This document shows, one piece after another, positions 61,623 to 64,000 of a stretch of 64,000 bases of DNA. The DNA comes from an uncultured delta proteobacterium (GTDB lineage Bacteria; Myxococcota_A; Polyangia; Fen-1088). Location: assembly GCA_963737265.1 (NCBI GenBank), contig CAVTRY010000022.1, forward strand, positions 160,001 through 224,000, written 5' to 3'. Below the pieces are notes generated by a model. It had not been told where the DNA came from, did not search any database, and was given only the letters and a program-made list of their open reading frames with translations. Every line of letters starts with the position of its first letter. Positions within the stretch are counted from its first letter, which is position 1. Position numbers and translations under genes: made by a program.

Positions 61623-62891
61623 GTGATTGGAACCCGCACGCCAATCGTTTTGTTGGCCGGAGTCTGGGCGCTCGCGGCGACCCAGATGGCATCCGCGGCC
61701 GAGGCCACGCGCGTCCTCACCGCCCGATCGGCCAAGGATTTTGATTTCGACTTTTCGCTCGATTGGCAGCACGACGAGACCCGCGGCTCGATCAAACGCG
61801 AGTATGTCGACCCGACTGGCGTGACCCAAATCAACGATGCGGTTTATCACCAGGTCCGCGATTCCATGCACCTGCGCGGTGAGGTGGGTCTCCTTCACGA
61901 CCTCAGTTTTTTCATGGTCGGCTCCATCGTTCTGGCCGACAACCGCGGACTCGACTTCGACAGAAGCGGCGACTGTTCCGCCTCGCCCAATCCTTGCGTC
62001 GAGACTCTGCTTCGCGACAACATTCTTCCCGGCAATCAAACCTCCACCTGGGGCCTCGACTCGGAGAGCGGTCGACCATTCCAGCAACCCTCTGGCCAGC
62101 TGTTCAGTGGTCCCAAGCGCAGTGGCTTCGAATACCTCGGACTCGGACTTAGCTGGGCTGCCTTCAACCAAGCCCGCGACCACACCAAACCGACGTGGGT
62201 CATTCGCCTGGAAACGCACCTGTCGGTGGCGGGCGACCAGCGCTTCGACCCTGGCAAGCCGACGGCCAATCGCAGTGTCGGACTCGGCTACCACCAAGTG
62301 ATCCTGTCTACCTTCTTCTCGCGCAGGTTTGGCCCCTATGAACCGACCGTGGGCGGCTGGCTCATGCAACCCGCTCTGACGTCAAGCAGCGTGTACAAGA
62401 ACCTCGGCACAGGATCGTTTTCCTTACCGCAGCGACGGGCGGGCGGCCAGGCGAGCATCGAGGACACGGTGTGGGAAAACCCGACGATCGACGGGCGATT
62501 CGCGCTCGAAGCCGTCGGCCGCTTCGAGCTCCGGTTCGAGGGTTTAGCCCAGAGCGAGCTGTGGGAGGTCTTGTCCGGCGATTCGCGTTGTGCGACCGAC
62601 CCGACCTACTGCCGGCCGGGCATCGACGTGGATGCCAATGGCAAACCCAGTCCGAGCTCAGGCGTCGTACGCAGCCCGGCCTACGGCCTTTTCGGTGGCG
62701 ACGCTGGTGTCAGCGCCCACTTCAGTCGCCATGCGCGCTTCCGCGCCCTGTTCGGCCTGCTCTTCGAGGAGGCGCACTTCCTCACCGACGCAGCCTCGGG
62801 AAACAGTGCCTACGACATACCCGGCCGGCGATTCTGGATCGACGGAATGTACTCGTGGCACGTTCTGGCCGACCTATCGGCTACGTTCTGA
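61623..62891 (+). CDS. outer-membrane beta-barrel protein resembling myxobacterial GltA/GltB
   Basis: Signal peptide, AEATRV...FDFDFSLDW...IKRE, NQARDHTKPTW, terminal Phe. Start uncertain. Confidence 0.55.
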   Translation: MIGTRTPIVLLAGVWALAATQMASAAEATRVLTARSAKDFDFDFSLDWQHDETRGSIKREYVDPTGVTQINDAVYHQVRDSMHLRGEVGLLHDLSFFMVGSIVLADNRGLDFDRSGDCSASPNPCVETLLRDNILPGNQTSTWGLDSESGRPFQQPSGQLFSGPKRSGFEYLGLGLSWAAFNQARDHTKPTWVIRLETHLSVAGDQRFDPGKPTANRSVGLGYHQVILSTFFSRRFGPYEPTVGGWLMQPALTSSSVYKNLGTGSFSLPQRRAGGQASIEDTVWENPTIDGRFALEAVGRFELRFEGLAQSELWEVLSGDSRCATDPTYCRPGIDVDANGKPSPSSGVVRSPAYGLFGGDAGVSAHFSRHARFRALFGLLFEEAHFLTDAASGNSAYDIPGRRFWIDGMYSWHVLADLSATF

Positions 62892-63732
62892 CAGCGAGCA
62901 CGAGCTGGTAGATCTCGCGTCGCGGGCGCTTGCTGTCCACGGCCAGGGCATCGGCGACATCGCGGGCTGACATGCCGCTCGCAAGCAGGGTGCGTGCGCG
63001 CGCCACCAGCGTATCGTCGTCGTCGTCGACCGCCTCGTCCCCTTCGCCCGCGCCGCCCACCACCAGGGTGACCTCGCCGAGGGGCCGTTCGCTAACATAA
63101 CGCTCGGCCAATTCGCCCAGCGTTCCGCGCACGAGCTCTTCGTGGGTTTTGGTCAGCTCGCGCGCCAGGCACGCGGGACGTGCCTCGCCCAGCACGGCAA
63201 CCAGCTCGGCGAGCGTGCTGCCGACCCGGTGGGGCGATTCGTAGAAGATCAGCGTGGTGCCGAGCTGTCCTAGTTGGTTGAACAGCAGGCGGCGCGCGCC
63301 AGTCTTGCGCGGCGGAAAACCAGCGAAAAAGAAACTGTCGGTGGGCAGCCCCGAAGCCACCAGCGCCGCCAGCAAAGCGGACGGCCCGGGAATCGGCACC
63401 ACGCGCGCACCGAGGGCCACCGCCGCCCGCACCACCCGATAGCCGGGATCGGAAACCGCCGGCGTGCCGGCCTCGGACAGCAGCGCCACGCTTTGACCCG
63501 CGCGCAGAAGGGCGCATGCCTCCTCGGCGCGCTCGGGTTCGTTGGCGTCGAAGCAAGACTGCGTGCGCCGGTCGATGCCGTAGGAAGAAAGCAGCTTGCG
63601 CGCCGATCGCGTGTCTTCGGCAAGCACCACATCCACCATCCTCAAGGTTTCGATGGAGCGCGGCGAGAAGTCGCCAGGGTTACCGATGGAGGATGCAACG
63701 ACGTAAAGCGTGCCGAGCGGTTGATGGGCCAC
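62881..63732 (-). CDS. rsmI: 16S rRNA (cytidine1402-2'-O)-methyltransferase
   Basis: LYVVA..IGN, AEDTR, SEAGTPAVSDPG, PIPGPSA, FYESPHR, RELTKTHEE. Confidence 0.96.
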   Translation of the reverse strand: MAHQPLGTLYVVASSIGNPGDFSPRSIETLRMVDVVLAEDTRSARKLLSSYGIDRRTQSCFDANEPERAEEACALLRAGQSVALLSEAGTPAVSDPGYRVVRAAVALGARVVPIPGPSALLAALVASGLPTDSFFFAGFPPRKTGARRLLFNQLGQLGTTLIFYESPHRVGSTLAELVAVLGEARPACLARELTKTHEELVRGTLGELAERYVSERPLGEVTLVVGGAGEGDEAVDDDDDTLVARARTLLASGMSARDVADALAVDSKRPRREIYQLVLAVRT

Positions 63733-63842
63733 AGTGCAGTGGATCGCACGAACTGGCCCGAGCAGCAAGCCTCCTTGCCAAACTCTCTTCCCGTCATGCG
63801 CCGCAGGCAGCCCGGCGATTCCACAACGTGGCGAGCGACGCC

Positions 63843-63858
63843 GGGCCTACTGCTTGCT
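63843..63858 (+). promoter_or_regulatory. candidate sigma-54 promoter for the gene starting at 63930
   Basis: GGGCCTACTGCTTGCT: GG-N10-GC with a TTGC -12 box. Confidence 0.35.
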
Positions 63859-63929
63859 ATCATCACCATTCCACGATGGATCTTATCGACGGTCCTAACT
63901 CGCCGCCACCCGAGAGCTCGGAGTCGTTC

Positions 63930-64000
63930 ATGCACCGCTTCCGCAAGTTGATCGTATTTGTCGGGGCTTCGGTCCTGGCCCTGGTCTTGACCATCGAGCA
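63930..64000 (+). CDS. start of a secreted/membrane protein (3'-truncated by window edge)
   Basis: MHRFRKLIVFVGASVLALVLTIE, signal-peptide-like. Confidence 0.45.
   Translation, partial: MHRFRKLIVFVGASVLALVLTIE

Overview
GC-rich window from a myxobacterial-type genome (Myxococcota/Polyangia-like), inferred from TIGR02266 PilZ, MXAN_5187-like, PEGA-domain Ser/Thr kinase and GltA/B-like genes. Most of it is housekeeping and signalling: rfbBACD, trpBA, leuB, nadE, tsaB, rseP, recA, hisD, proA, rsmI, amt, an ABC exporter and an NtrC-type regulator. The most striking feature is a GxxExxY (PD-(D/E)xK-like) gene enclosed by 33-bp terminal inverted repeats built from a 9-bp unit. An internally deleted second copy lies on the other side of recA, suggesting a small mobile or structured element family with autonomous and MITE-like members. 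Also notable: a putative sterol/lipid-modifying operon (EXPERA + SDR + DUF1295), a DUF2844/DUF3443 pair with pepsin-like aspartic-protease motifs, an orphan SctV export gate, a low-GC atypical aroE + rbsD insert, a pseudokinase, a serpin fragment and several long intergenic hairpins. Single-base frameshifts in mutS-like, xfp and comM are probably assembly indels. No rRNA, tRNA or CRISPR array was seen. All calls come from motif recognition by eye; no searches were run.
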